A DNA stretch of 64,000 bases from Candidatus Latescibacterota bacterium (GTDB taxonomy: Bacteria > Latescibacterota > UBA2968), in NCBI GenBank assembly GCA_965205975.1, contig OZ242195.1, positions 4,928,001 to 4,992,000 of the forward strand. The letters run 5' to 3'. Both the position numbers and the translations under genes were made by a program. Below the pieces are notes generated by a model. It worked only from the letters and a program-made list of their open reading frames with translations, did no database searches and had not been told where the DNA came from. Positions 20,197 through 32,479 of this stretch are shown in pieces (the first letter of the stretch is position 1; each line of letters begins with the position of its first letter).

Positions 20197-22371
20197 CTAA
20201 ACCTGACTTCCCTCTTTGTTAGTCAGGTATTTCTCTATTTCCTCAAAGAGCAGGAGTTGTTCCTGCTCTTTGACTTTATAACGTACTTTACCTTTTGCAG
20301 ACATCACTTGATTGACGTAATCATCAAGTCGTTGCTCCAGTTCTGTAAAAAGCCTCTCCTCTTGTTCAATATTCCCTATTTTATGGGCTTCGCATAGAAA
20401 GCATCCCATCAGGATGACTTTCGCATCGCCGAGGGACATCTTAATACCGGCTGATTTCAGATTCAATGCTTGTTCCTTAGCTTTCTCAATCGCAGGATGA
20501 TGTGAATAATTTGTCTGGCCGTTTACAGTCTTGTTTTGATCTTTACGACATACGAGAATGAGGTCTAAGTGAATCGGTGATGCGGCCTGTTGTAGAGGCA
20601 TTGACACCGACATCTCGGCCTTTATCGGATAGACTTGTGTACAGATAAGTCCAGCCTGTCTGATTGCGCGATGAATAGAGGTCCAGCCTTCGTGTCGTGA
20701 ATGGTGATAAGTAAAAACAAACAGGCCTTTGTCGCGGAGGATGCGGTTACACTCAGCAAAAACCGAAGTGAGTTTGTTTGTGAAGCGTTCGGGATGAGTG
20801 TCCTGCACCTCGCTTACACACCTTGTAGTCTTTTTAGAGGAAAATTCTAGTGCTTGATTGAGCCAATAATAGAAGAAGTCAGCGAGTTGTGAATAGTGAA
20901 CATTATCAAAAAAAGGTGGGTCCGTCACGACAAGGTCAACACTTTTGTCAGGAATATCCAGGCAACTGGAATCGCCAGAGGTGAGATAGACCATGTTTGG
21001 CTGTGCAGCGAATTGCGCGAAAGTGCCTGCCATCTGTACAGAGACGGGATGATTGATACCGCTGACCTTTGTGCTCTTTGATGAATTAATCTGTAATTCA
21101 GACGGATCGGACTTATAGGCGAGTGCCTTCTCAACTCGAGAACGAAACAATCCCGAAAATGCTCCTGAAGATTTGCTGGTTCCCCAAATATTTGCTTCAA
21201 GGGGCATCGCTTCTGGCTTCAAAACGTGATGGGAAAACATGTGTCGCACAGCTCCTGTGCCTTCTCCCTTAAAAGACGTAAACAAATTGTTGAATTCTAA
21301 AGTCCCAGAGAAGAGGCAGGCAAATAGACGTTTCAAATCTGGGTCTTCAATACCTTTGATTGCCTTGAGAAGATGGTTGATACAGACAAGTTGCCTATCA
21401 GAGAAAAGTTCGTGCCAGTGACGATAGTTGTGATTTAACATCTGGTCTGTGTTGTAGCCTGGCTCAATAGCTACGACCGGAAAATTGTTTGAGATTGCAG
21501 CGCACTCTTCTGCTACCTGGCGTTCAAGCTCTCTATCGAATTCGTTTATCGGCTCATAGAGTTTCTCTCCATCTTTTGTCAGAAGCATCTTTGCATACCG
21601 GCGAAAGGACAAAGGACCCTCAGTGGTTTTCATCCTGTCAATCAGGCGGAAAGTGTGCTGACAGCCATCACAATGAACCACCGCGCCTCTGATATTTCCT
21701 TTTTGAGGGTTGTATTCAAGTGAACATGCTGAACATCGGACGCAATCGGCGTCGTAAACTGTAAAATTGATAGTATCACAGGCCGGACAGAGCGTGCGTG
21801 CAGAGGGGTCTTTGCGGGGGATGGCATTCTTGGAGAAAACCCGTGTTTTGAAAAGGTCAATCTTTTTTTGACATTTCGGACAAGAGACTACTTTGACGAG
21901 AAAATAGTACAAAACGGTCGCATCCTGCCCCGTATTTGTTTTGGTTTGGAAATAGCTGAGGAGTTTTGAGGCGAGAGACTGCTCTAAATGTCGGTAAGTA
22001 GAGAGAACTTCTGCGGCTGCGTATTGGGAAAACGCAGCGCGACAGGCGATGTATGAGACCGGATTTATATCTCGACCTGCGGCTTTGCAGCCGAGTTTCA
22101 CAGCTTCACCAACCGCGACCCCACTTCCCATGAAGGGATCGAAGACGATGGTACTATCAAAATTATTCCTGTTGTAGAAACGATCCCAGAAATCCTCAGA
22201 ATCCTCTAAACACGCGCCTAATACGATTCCGCGGAAAACTGAGCCGAGCCGCCGTGCCCACCACTTGTGGAGATAGTAGATAGGCCGATGGACCTCCTTG
22301 CGCCAGGATTCCCGCTCAGCAATAAGCGAGAGTTCTGCAAATGGAAAGTCTTTCTCTATGAGTTTTGGCAT
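20197..22371 (-). CDS. Amino (N6A/N4C) DNA methyltransferase with Zn-ribbon insert, DUF1156-like
   Basis: HKWWARR, DPFMGSG (motif I), several CxxC and TDPPF (motif IV); ATG at 22371, 6 nt after the upstream stop. Confidence 0.85.
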   Translation of the reverse strand: MPKLIEKDFPFAELSLIAERESWRKEVHRPIYYLHKWWARRLGSVFRGIVLGACLEDSEDFWDRFYNRNNFDSTIVFDPFMGSGVAVGEAVKLGCKAAGRDINPVSYIACRAAFSQYAAAEVLSTYRHLEQSLASKLLSYFQTKTNTGQDATVLYYFLVKVVSCPKCQKKIDLFKTRVFSKNAIPRKDPSARTLCPACDTINFTVYDADCVRCSACSLEYNPQKGNIRGAVVHCDGCQHTFRLIDRMKTTEGPLSFRRYAKMLLTKDGEKLYEPINEFDRELERQVAEECAAISNNFPVVAIEPGYNTDQMLNHNYRHWHELFSDRQLVCINHLLKAIKGIEDPDLKRLFACLFSGTLEFNNLFTSFKGEGTGAVRHMFSHHVLKPEAMPLEANIWGTSKSSGAFSGLFRSRVEKALAYKSDPSELQINSSKSTKVSGINHPVSVQMAGTFAQFAAQPNMVYLTSGDSSCLDIPDKSVDLVVTDPPFFDNVHYSQLADFFYYWLNQALEFSSKKTTRCVSEVQDTHPERFTNKLTSVFAECNRILRDKGLFVFTYHHSRHEGWTSIHRAIRQAGLICTQVYPIKAEMSVSMPLQQAASPIHLDLILVCRKDQNKTVNGQTNYSHHPAIEKAKEQALNLKSAGIKMSLGDAKVILMGCFLCEAHKIGNIEQEERLFTELEQRLDDYVNQVMSAKGKVRYKVKEQEQLLLFEEIEKYLTNKEGSQV

Positions 22372-22376
22372 GAGGA

Positions 22377-23216
22377 TTATTCTGGCAGTTGAGGCATGGC
22401 TGCCGTACGCTCTCTTGGGCGACGGGCCTTGCACGCTCGAAAAATGTCCCGACGAACTGGCAATTGGTCAAGCGGAAGTGGCTGGCTTGCAGGGTTGTCA
22501 ATCACGACGTAATGGAAGGAATTTTGGTACTTGTCATCTCTGATAATGAAGTCAGTGCATTTTGCTGCGTGTGTAGCGAGATATGACAAGTCATGCTGTT
22601 TGATCACAAGTATGTGGCGAAGATAAAAGAAATTCAGTTTGTAATTCAGTGGATTTGGATATGTGTACATTCGTCGATGCCGAACAGAGCCTTCACCATA
22701 CGGACCATGACCGTACTCGCTTTGATTAGCATACTTTGCATCCTTGTGCAGATCGAAGTCGTAGTTGAGGAAATCACCATCCATCAGAATGGAAGTTGCC
22801 ATTGAGGAACTGTCGTTTCGTAGTAAGGCAAATAAGTAGAAGCAAGGAACTTCCACAGTATCTCGTCCGACCTTGATAAGTGTCTTCCCGCATGGAAGAC
22901 TGCTATTGTAATCAATTGTTAGACCTCTTGGATCTGCTCCGTTGGCCCGCTGAATAAGTTTTTTTACTTCGAGCCCCAGAATCGAGTTGCTCGGTCTATG
23001 TCGCAGCACGATATCGGGCGTTGTCAGCTTTCCAGCGTGAAACACTTCAATATCGGGAAGGGCTTTCTTGATCTCATCACCGACCCAAGAATCGAACGGA
23101 TCGTCTTGAACTGTGCCAATTAACGACGGAGGCCGCAGAGAAATTGGGATTACGCCTTGCTGTATCTTCGCAGAAAATTCTGTGTATATTTTTTCAACGA
23201 TCTGTATGGGATTCAT
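22377..23216 (-). CDS. Putative PD-(D/E)xK restriction endonuclease
   Basis: TPDIVL...GLEVKK motif; directly upstream of the methyltransferase. Confidence 0.65.
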   Translation of the reverse strand: MNPIQIVEKIYTEFSAKIQQGVIPISLRPPSLIGTVQDDPFDSWVGDEIKKALPDIEVFHAGKLTTPDIVLRHRPSNSILGLEVKKLIQRANGADPRGLTIDYNSSLPCGKTLIKVGRDTVEVPCFYLFALLRNDSSSMATSILMDGDFLNYDFDLHKDAKYANQSEYGHGPYGEGSVRHRRMYTYPNPLNYKLNFFYLRHILVIKQHDLSYLATHAAKCTDFIIRDDKYQNSFHYVVIDNPASQPLPLDQLPVRRDIFRACKARRPRERTAAMPQLPE

Positions 23217-23252
23217 CTTTGTTTAATATATGGAGAGCCTAACAATTATCAC

Positions 23253-23987
23253 TCATAATCGGCACTCCTTTATATCCTCTGGAAGTTGCTTGATTTTTCC
23301 GAATTTTAAGTGTCTCACAAATATTTTGCCGTGAAGTTTTGGCGTCTTGTTAGAATTACCGTTAATGACGTGGTACTGAATTGCTTCCGTAATCAGACGG
23401 TCATCTAATAAGGGTTCCACTGCGAATCTGGCAATTTTCAGATAATGGGTGGTAGTGCCAAAAAAGAGATAAATGGACCGAATCTCATTTGAAATCACAT
23501 AATTTCTGAGAAATGTCGGAAAGGTTGCCTTCCATATCTTGTATGCAGGTTGGTCTGACATCTTCAGATTGTAATCCTGTATGTCACTCCCCGGATGTAA
23601 TGGCCCGTAAAGTGCTGACAGAATGAGAACATGACGATTGCATTGGTTTCTTGACGGGTTTCTGTCACCCGCTAATGTCTTTGGAACACTTTCGTATAGT
23701 GTTCCCTTATATCTCTCTATCGCCGAGAGATACCGTCCAGAAGTGCAGTGTCCACCAAAATCCGGACCAGGATGCACATCTCGGTTCTTTTCATATTGGC
23801 CAGACAAATACTTTTCACATTGGCTAATGTACGATAAGACATCTTGTCTTGCTTCGAGTATGTCGGAATAGACAGAATGCGAAACCAGATTAGATAAAGG
23901 TTCGGTCGTTGCCGCTGGACCGCGTCCCTTAGGCTGCTTCTTTGCACAGCAGGGTATCAGAAGAAGCTCTCTTTGAAATGATGACAA
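23253..23987 (-). CDS. YaaA/DUF6884-like protein
   Basis: LIPCCAKK, AIERYKGTLY, ILSALYG and YNLKM motifs; TTG at 23987 preceded by GAGGAGG. Confidence 0.7.
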   Translation of the reverse strand: MSSFQRELLLIPCCAKKQPKGRGPAATTEPLSNLVSHSVYSDILEARQDVLSYISQCEKYLSGQYEKNRDVHPGPDFGGHCTSGRYLSAIERYKGTLYESVPKTLAGDRNPSRNQCNRHVLILSALYGPLHPGSDIQDYNLKMSDQPAYKIWKATFPTFLRNYVISNEIRSIYLFFGTTTHYLKIARFAVEPLLDDRLITEAIQYHVINGNSNKTPKLHGKIFVRHLKFGKIKQLPEDIKECRL

Positions 23988-24046
23988 ATCCCCTCCTCTA
24001 TCAGATTTTTTCGAGAGCTGGACTATCAAGGATATGCAGTTTCACG

Positions 24047-27255
<3,209 letters not shown>

Positions 27256-27258
27256 TCC

Positions 27259-27465
27259 ATGCTACTTACAGTGAATGGTCAAGAGCAATCAGTGGATGAT
27301 GCATCAACGCTGCTCGATTTGCTGATTGAGATGAATTTTAATGCCGAACAAAAGGGTATTGCCGTGGCTGTAAATGCCGAGGTTATAGCGCGGGCGATGT
27401 GGTCAGATATGCGGTTGCACAATGGTGATCGGGTGGATATTATTCATGCGGTTCAGGGGGGGTAG
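27259..27465 (+). CDS. thiS: Sulfur carrier protein
   Basis: 68 aa, AVAVN motif, C-terminal VQGG. Confidence 0.95.
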   Translation: MLLTVNGQEQSVDDASTLLDLLIEMNFNAEQKGIAVAVNAEVIARAMWSDMRLHNGDRVDIIHAVQGG

Positions 27466-27466
27466 G

Positions 27467-27545
27467 GAAGTGTGAAGTGTGAAGTATGAGATGAAGTACC
27501 AGCCTTTTGGGGGTAGCGGGGCCTTCTTACTTCACACTTCTTACT
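27467..27545. repeat. Heptamer (GAAGTGT) repeat with inverted copies
   Basis: gaagtgt gaagtgt gaagtat ... acttcacacttc. Confidence 0.7.
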
Positions 27546-27560
27546 TTTTTTGAGGATATT

Positions 27561-28337
27561 ATGACAGGCGATTTTAAGATGGCAGGCGTAACATATCGTT
27601 CACGGCTGTTGATAGGCACTGCGCATTATCCCAATATGCAGGTGATGTTGAAGTCCGTGGAAGCCAGTGGCGCAGAGATTGTAACGGTGGGCATTCGGCG
27701 GCTCAATATGAATGACGAATCTGGCGAGGGTGTTCTCGATTTACTCGACCGGTCGCGGTACACCATTTTGCCAAATACGGCCGGATGTTTTACAGCTCAA
27801 GACGCGGTGCTTACTGCGCGGTTGGCCCGCGAAGCGCTGAAAACCGATCTGATTAAGTTAGAGGTGATTGGCGATGAACGCACTTTGTTTCCTGATGTGG
27901 TGGGATTGCTACAAGCAGCCGAGACACTCGTGAACGATGGGTTTACTGTGTTGCCCTATTGTAATGATGATCCAATTACCTGCAAAAAGCTGGAAGATTT
28001 GGGGTGTGCTGCGGTGATGCCTCTGGGGGCACCCATTGGTTCGGGAATGGGGATTCGCAATCCGTACAATATTCAGATTATTCTGGATTCGGTCAATGTG
28101 CCGGTTATTGTCGATGCGGGGGTGGGGACCGCATCGGATGCTGCTCTGGCGATGGAATTGGGTTGCGATGGTGTGTTGTTGAATACGGCGGTGGCAGGTG
28201 CTCGGCATCCGGTGAAGATGGCGATGGCAATGAAGAAGGGAGTTGAAGCCGGGCGGTTAGCTTTTGAAGCCGGGCGGATTCCGAGAAAGCTGTACGCAAC
28301 GGCTTCGACGGCGATGGAAGGACGGGTGGAAGTGTGA
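27561..28337 (+). CDS. thiG: Thiazole synthase
   Basis: LPNTAGC, KLEVIGD and [10 protein letters not shown] motifs. Confidence 0.96.
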   Translation: MTGDFKMAGVTYRSRLLIGTAHYPNMQVMLKSVEASGAEIVTVGIRRLNMNDESGEGVLDLLDRSRYTILPNTAGCFTAQDAVLTARLAREALKTDLIKLEVIGDERTLFPDVVGLLQAAETLVNDGFTVLPYCNDDPITCKKLEDLGCAAVMPLGAPIGSGMGIRNPYNIQIILDSVNVPVIVDAGVGTASDAALAMELGCDGVLLNTAVAGARHPVKMAMAMKKGVEAGRLAFEAGRIPRKLYATASTAMEGRVEV

Positions 28338-28444
28338 TCCGCAGAAAAAAACGCGAATAATTTGAGCGTTTTTCGCAGATGAACGCAGATAAAAAAGAAG
28401 GGCTGGGGTGTGCGGGCTGACCGCTGGCTACTGACTACTGACTG
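28337..28444. repeat. CGCAGA-family dispersed repeat plus CTGACTA-like heptamers
   Basis: ~44 bp near-identical to 56705-56747; ctgaccg ctggcta ctgacta ctgactg. Confidence 0.75.
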
Positions 28445-28453
28445 CAAAATGTT

Positions 28454-29068
28454 ATGCTTTCTCTACCTCCTCTCTATCTGATTGTCGATCGGGCAACGTG
28501 CGGTGATCGACCAATGCTGAATGTGCTCGCGCGTGCGCTGGATGCGGGGGTGCGGCTGGTGCAGTTGCGGGAAAAAGCACTGGATAGAGATGTATTAGAA
28601 GCTCTGGCTGAGCAGGTGTTGTCGCTGACAGCGCGTTATGATGCGATGCTGTTGATTAATGCAGCAGTAGATATTGCCGTGAAGATCGGCGCGCAGGGTG
28701 TGCATTTGCCAGGTGGTGCATTGCCGCATGCGGTTCGAGATCGGGTCGAGCCGTCATTTTTAATTGGTTATTCCGCGCATACCCATGCGGAATTAGATTG
28801 CGCTGATGGGGCAGATTTTGTGACTTATAGCCCCATTTTTACGCCGGGGTCCAAGCCCGGGTATGATGGCGTGGAAGTAGGGCTTGCGGGATTGGCAAAT
28901 GCGGTGAAGCACTCTCGCTTGCCCGTTTACGCGCTGGGGGGGATTACGCCTGATCGCGCAGCCAAATGTCGCGCGACGGGATGTGCAGGTGTCGCGGTAA
29001 TGTCGGGTATTTTGGCTGCGAAAGATCCGGCCAGGGCGGTATGTGAATTTTTGAAGGCATGGGAATGA
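28454..29068 (+). CDS. Thiamine phosphate synthase family protein (ThiE/TenI-like)
   Basis: VQLREK, GVHL, SPIF..SKPG and ALGGI; the canonical IND is replaced by INA. Confidence 0.8.
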   Translation: MLSLPPLYLIVDRATCGDRPMLNVLARALDAGVRLVQLREKALDRDVLEALAEQVLSLTARYDAMLLINAAVDIAVKIGAQGVHLPGGALPHAVRDRVEPSFLIGYSAHTHAELDCADGADFVTYSPIFTPGSKPGYDGVEVGLAGLANAVKHSRLPVYALGGITPDRAAKCRATGCAGVAVMSGILAAKDPARAVCEFLKAWE

Positions 29069-29850
29069 AACAAACCCTGACAATTGCGGGTTCGGATTCC
29101 GGTGGTGGCGCGGGCATTCAGGCGGATTTGAAAACATTTCACGCCCATGGCGTGTTTGGCCTGTCTGCGATTACATCTGTCACTGCTCAAAATACGCAAG
29201 AGGTGCGTGCAGCTTGTGATTTGCCCGAAGAGATTGTTCGCGCTCAGATAAGTGCCGTGTTTGACGATTTTGAGATTGCTGCGGTGAAGACGGGGATGTT
29301 GTCTTCGCGTGAGATTGTAGAGGCTGTGGCCGATGAGTTGACTGTTCTCAATGGGCAACCGCTCGTGGTCGATCCGGTGATGATTTCGACGAGTGGATTT
29401 CCGTTGCTTAAGGGCGATGCGATACAATGCATCACAGATCGTTTGTTGCCGATCGCTGCGTTGGCGACGCCGAATTGCCCTGAAGCAGAATTGTTGAGTA
29501 AAAAAAAGATAAAGACGCGGGAAGATGCTGGATTTGCTGCGCGCAAAATTGCCGATTTGGGCGCGTGCGCTGTGCTGGTGAAGGGAGGACATTTGGAGGG
29601 TAAGGCAGTGGATGTGTTGTGGGATGGGGCGTGTGAAACGATTTTTGAAGGTGAACGCATTGATACCGGAAATACACACGGGACGGGTTGTACACTGGCA
29701 TCGGCGATAGCGGCTAATTTTGCGCTGGGATACGGGTTGTGCGACGCGATAGATAGAGCAAAAAATTATGTTACAGAAGCTATCCGGCATGGCTTAAATA
29801 TTGGCAAAGGTAACGGTCCTACAAATCATTTTTATTTTTTTCAACTTTAA
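29065..29850 (+). CDS. thiD: HMP/HMP-P kinase
   Basis: AGSDSGGGAGIQADLK and HGTGCT motifs. Confidence 0.96.
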   Translation: MKQTLTIAGSDSGGGAGIQADLKTFHAHGVFGLSAITSVTAQNTQEVRAACDLPEEIVRAQISAVFDDFEIAAVKTGMLSSREIVEAVADELTVLNGQPLVVDPVMISTSGFPLLKGDAIQCITDRLLPIAALATPNCPEAELLSKKKIKTREDAGFAARKIADLGACAVLVKGGHLEGKAVDVLWDGACETIFEGERIDTGNTHGTGCTLASAIAANFALGYGLCDAIDRAKNYVTEAIRHGLNIGKGNGPTNHFYFFQL

Positions 29851-29856
29851 CATAAA

Positions 29857-30468
29857 ATGAAAAAAATTGGCAAGCTTCACGTCATAACCGATGTTGTTTT
29901 GCAAGATCGCTTTTCACACGTAGCGCTGGCACAAATGGCTGTTGCTGGGGGAGCGGATACCATTCAGTTTCGACAAAAAGAGGGTTCGACGCGCGCGTTG
30001 ATTGAGACGGCTATTGCCGTGAAGCATGCGTGTGGCGATGTGCCTTTGATTGTGAATGACCGGGTTGATGTGGCGATTGCCTCAGAGGCCGATGGGGTGC
30101 ATTTGGGACAAGATGACTTTCCCATTGGAAAAGCGCGCGATCTGCTTGGGGAAGATGCAGTGATTGGCGGGACGGCAAAGACGCTTTCACAGGCGCATCA
30201 GTGCATTGCCGAAGGTGCGGATTACATCGGTTTTGGACCGATTTATGCAACGGGTTCAAAGGCCGATGCGGGGATTGTGAAAGGTCTGGTAGGCTTGCGC
30301 GAGATGGCCAATGGGGTCAATATCCCGATTATCGCCATTGGGGGTATTGGGATAGAAAATGCTGGCGAGGTGATGCGCGCAGGGGCGCATGGCATTGCGG
30401 TGATTTCAGCAGTGTGTTGCCAGATGGATCCCACTGAGGCGACCCAAAGGTTGATGGATCAATTATAG
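29857..30468 (+). CDS. thiE: Thiamine phosphate synthase
   Basis: QFRQK, VNDRVD, GVHLGQDD and AIGGI motifs. Confidence 0.92.
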   Translation: MKKIGKLHVITDVVLQDRFSHVALAQMAVAGGADTIQFRQKEGSTRALIETAIAVKHACGDVPLIVNDRVDVAIASEADGVHLGQDDFPIGKARDLLGEDAVIGGTAKTLSQAHQCIAEGADYIGFGPIYATGSKADAGIVKGLVGLREMANGVNIPIIAIGGIGIENAGEVMRAGAHGIAVISAVCCQMDPTEATQRLMDQL

Positions 30469-30476
30469 GTACGATT

Positions 30477-32465
30477 TTGTCTAAAAGCCATTTGATTATT
30501 CACACGCTGGTTCTGGTCCCGATTTTTGCGGGATGTCAGCAGAGCGAACAGGTGACGGTTTCGGGTGCGGTTGCAAAGCCGGGTACTTATGTCTATCAGT
30601 CCGACAAAGCGGCGAGCAGTTATCTCGAAGAAGCTGGTGGGATGACGGAAGAAGCACTCCCTGATAGTGCATATCTGGTTCGCGGGTTGGTTGACTCTTC
30701 TGGCAAAGCGGTAATCAAAAGTGTGACGATTCCCCTGTCGGAATATCCAGAAGTTTTGCCCGATGATGTGATTAAAGTGCCAGCCCGTGTTTATGACGTG
30801 CGATTGGATACGGTTCGCGTTTTGCGCGATGTCCGATTGGTTCAAGAGAATCGGATTCTCAAAATTCCCACAGGTGCCCTGGTGTCCGGGTGGACAGAGC
30901 GCGGCGTGCTGGTCGCTTTGTTACTTGGGCGCGGAAAAATTTACGAGATGGCCGATACTGCAAAGGCAGTATGGGCTTTTCATTACTTATACGTTCATTT
31001 GCACCCCGATGAATACGGCCGCCTGAGGGGGTTTGCGGGAGATGTGATTGACAGTTTGGAGGCTCTGGAAGATGCACACGTCATCCATACACGTACCAGA
31101 ACGCAGTTGGATTATGTACGCCCTGGAGGGTTACAGCTTCCGGACACGGGTTATTGGCGCGTGTTGCTGGGGATTTTGCTAACGCCCAGGAGTGCATCTT
31201 TTCCGGGTAAGGGATTGCGCCGGCGTCGCTTTGAGGATGGGCGGGTGTGGACGACTTTTCCCAATGGGCGGCAGCGCTGGCAGCATCCCGATGGGAGGGT
31301 GGAGGTGATATTTCCCGGGGGCGCGAAAGAAACCCGGTTTCCCGATGGGCGGGTTGTATCTGCCTATGAACAGCATGTGTCTCGTTTGAAAGATGAGTCG
31401 GTGGTTCGCAATGGTGTAGCTGGCCGCGCGATGGAGCAACGCACTTCGGAAAGGGTGGCGAGGATTTCGGCAGAGGTAATACCCGATAGCACTACAGTAA
31501 CCCGCAAAAAAAGGAGAAATGAGTCTGCTATTCAGCCCGATGGGTATATGATTGTGAAAGGGGTGGATGGTTCAACTCGGGAAACATTTCCCGATGGGCG
31601 AATTTTGCATCGCAGCGGAACCGGATATCAAGTGGAGATTTTTCCCGATGGGCGAGAGATTGAGAGCAATCGCTTTGGGCAAAAGATCACCTCGTGGCCC
31701 GATGGTCGAAAAGAAGTGCGAATGCCGGTCGCATACAGTTATCCCGGTCCGTTGCGAACAGATCTCGCGGTGGTCAATCCGCTTCCAGACTCGGTTGCCG
31801 CAGGTGAAGAACTGACGGTTACAGGGCAGTTACACAGCGAGGTGGAAGATATATCTATCTCAGCCTTTCTCGCGCCCGATGGCAATGTGATCAAAGGGGC
31901 TGTGCGAAGGCAGGGGCGGCGGTTTCAGGCGCGGTTTCGGTTTGGGGAGGTAGGACATTGTCGCGTACAGGTCCAGGTTGTCCTGCCCAGGGCGCGCACC
32001 TTTGCGGTTTCGCACCAGGCGGTGGTTGTTGGCAATCCCGAGAAGTTAGAAGATGAAGTTTTGACAATAGACCCTTATCCGGGCGATGAGGGGGCTGAAC
32101 GATTTTTGATTGATCAAATTAATGCGGCGCGAAGGCGGATTGGATGTCAGGCAGTCCTTCCACATCCCAATTTGATGCAGGTGGCGCGCATCCGCCTCGA
32201 GGAAATGTTGGCTTTGGGTGAGGTATCCCACTTTTCTTTATCGGGATTGGATGTGATGTGGCATGTAACCACCCGACGCTTGCCATTTTCCCAGGTGAGC
32301 GAAAATGTGGCAAACGGATATTTTGTCGAAACGATGCAGGCATGTTGGATGTTAAGTGCGGGCCATCGTTCAAATATATTGGCGAGACACTGGACACATG
32401 TGGGAGTAGCTGTGGCAAAATCCAGGGGTATGGTATGGGGCGTTCAGGTGTTTGCACGGCAATAA
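30477..32465 (+). CDS. Putative lipoprotein: SLBB + PDG beta-repeats + Ig-like + CAP/SCP domain
   Basis: FAGC lipobox; VSGAVAKPG..AGG SLBB motif; FPDGR repeats; C-terminal ENVA..WMLSAGHRSNIL..GVAV. Confidence 0.72.
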   Translation: MSKSHLIIHTLVLVPIFAGCQQSEQVTVSGAVAKPGTYVYQSDKAASSYLEEAGGMTEEALPDSAYLVRGLVDSSGKAVIKSVTIPLSEYPEVLPDDVIKVPARVYDVRLDTVRVLRDVRLVQENRILKIPTGALVSGWTERGVLVALLLGRGKIYEMADTAKAVWAFHYLYVHLHPDEYGRLRGFAGDVIDSLEALEDAHVIHTRTRTQLDYVRPGGLQLPDTGYWRVLLGILLTPRSASFPGKGLRRRRFEDGRVWTTFPNGRQRWQHPDGRVEVIFPGGAKETRFPDGRVVSAYEQHVSRLKDESVVRNGVAGRAMEQRTSERVARISAEVIPDSTTVTRKKRRNESAIQPDGYMIVKGVDGSTRETFPDGRILHRSGTGYQVEIFPDGREIESNRFGQKITSWPDGRKEVRMPVAYSYPGPLRTDLAVVNPLPDSVAAGEELTVTGQLHSEVEDISISAFLAPDGNVIKGAVRRQGRRFQARFRFGEVGHCRVQVQVVLPRARTFAVSHQAVVVGNPEKLEDEVLTIDPYPGDEGAERFLIDQINAARRRIGCQAVLPHPNLMQVARIRLEEMLALGEVSHFSLSGLDVMWHVTTRRLPFSQVSENVANGYFVETMQACWMLSAGHRSNILARHWTHVGVAVAKSRGMVWGVQVFARQ

Positions 32466-32479
32466 AAAAGAGGTTTGGT

